Assembly: GCA_002269645.1 (NCBI GenBank)
Contig: NIVC01003933.1
Span: 5,040 to 69,039 of the forward strand
Direction: 5' to 3'
From: Macrostomum lignano
Lineage: Eukaryota
Length of the DNA: 64,000 nucleotides
Part shown: in pieces, positions 63,901-64,000 of the stretch
Layout of the letters: every line of letters starts with the position of its first letter
How positions within the stretch are numbered: position 1 is the stretch's first letter
Notes under the pieces: generated by a model
Seen by the model: only the letters and a program-made list of their open reading frames with translations
Databases searched by the model: none
Told to the model about the DNA's origin: nothing
Position numbers and translations under genes: made by a program

Positions 63901-64000
63901 AAATTAACCTTTTATATACAATTGATTCAGAGATACAGACATTTTAATAATCAGCCTTCAACTATTTTTGCACAATTTGCAAGTGTTGCATCCTTCAATT

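Overview
Eukaryotic (animal) genomic DNA. It has GT-AG introns and an extreme density of intronic mini- and microsatellites. The style resembles the free-living flatworm Macrostomum, but that identification is inference only. Five protein-coding genes can be spliced by hand, all on the minus strand. (1) A 7-exon TRPM-like channel of ~1245 aa (24018-14134) whose N-terminus has ankyrin repeats in place of the usual TRPM MHR1/2 (SLOG) domain. (2) A complete 14-exon UDP-glucose:glycoprotein glucosyltransferase, UGGT, of ~1571 aa with a C-terminal HTEL (42402-27623). (3,4) Two tandem 2-exon divergent TRPV-like channel paralogs (46158-44186 and 50273-48330). (5) A 2-exon ARV1 (55135-53032). Almost every larger intron of the TRPM-like gene, UGGT and ARV1 carries its own tandem repeat. 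Most long ORFs in the ORF track are artefacts of these repeats. Mobile elements are a hAT-like MITE carrying a minisatellite, two copies of another TIR MITE, and decayed MULE and mariner transposases. The two transposase relics lie in a ~2.6 kb stretch with no CpG at all. No CRISPR array, rRNA or tRNA was found.
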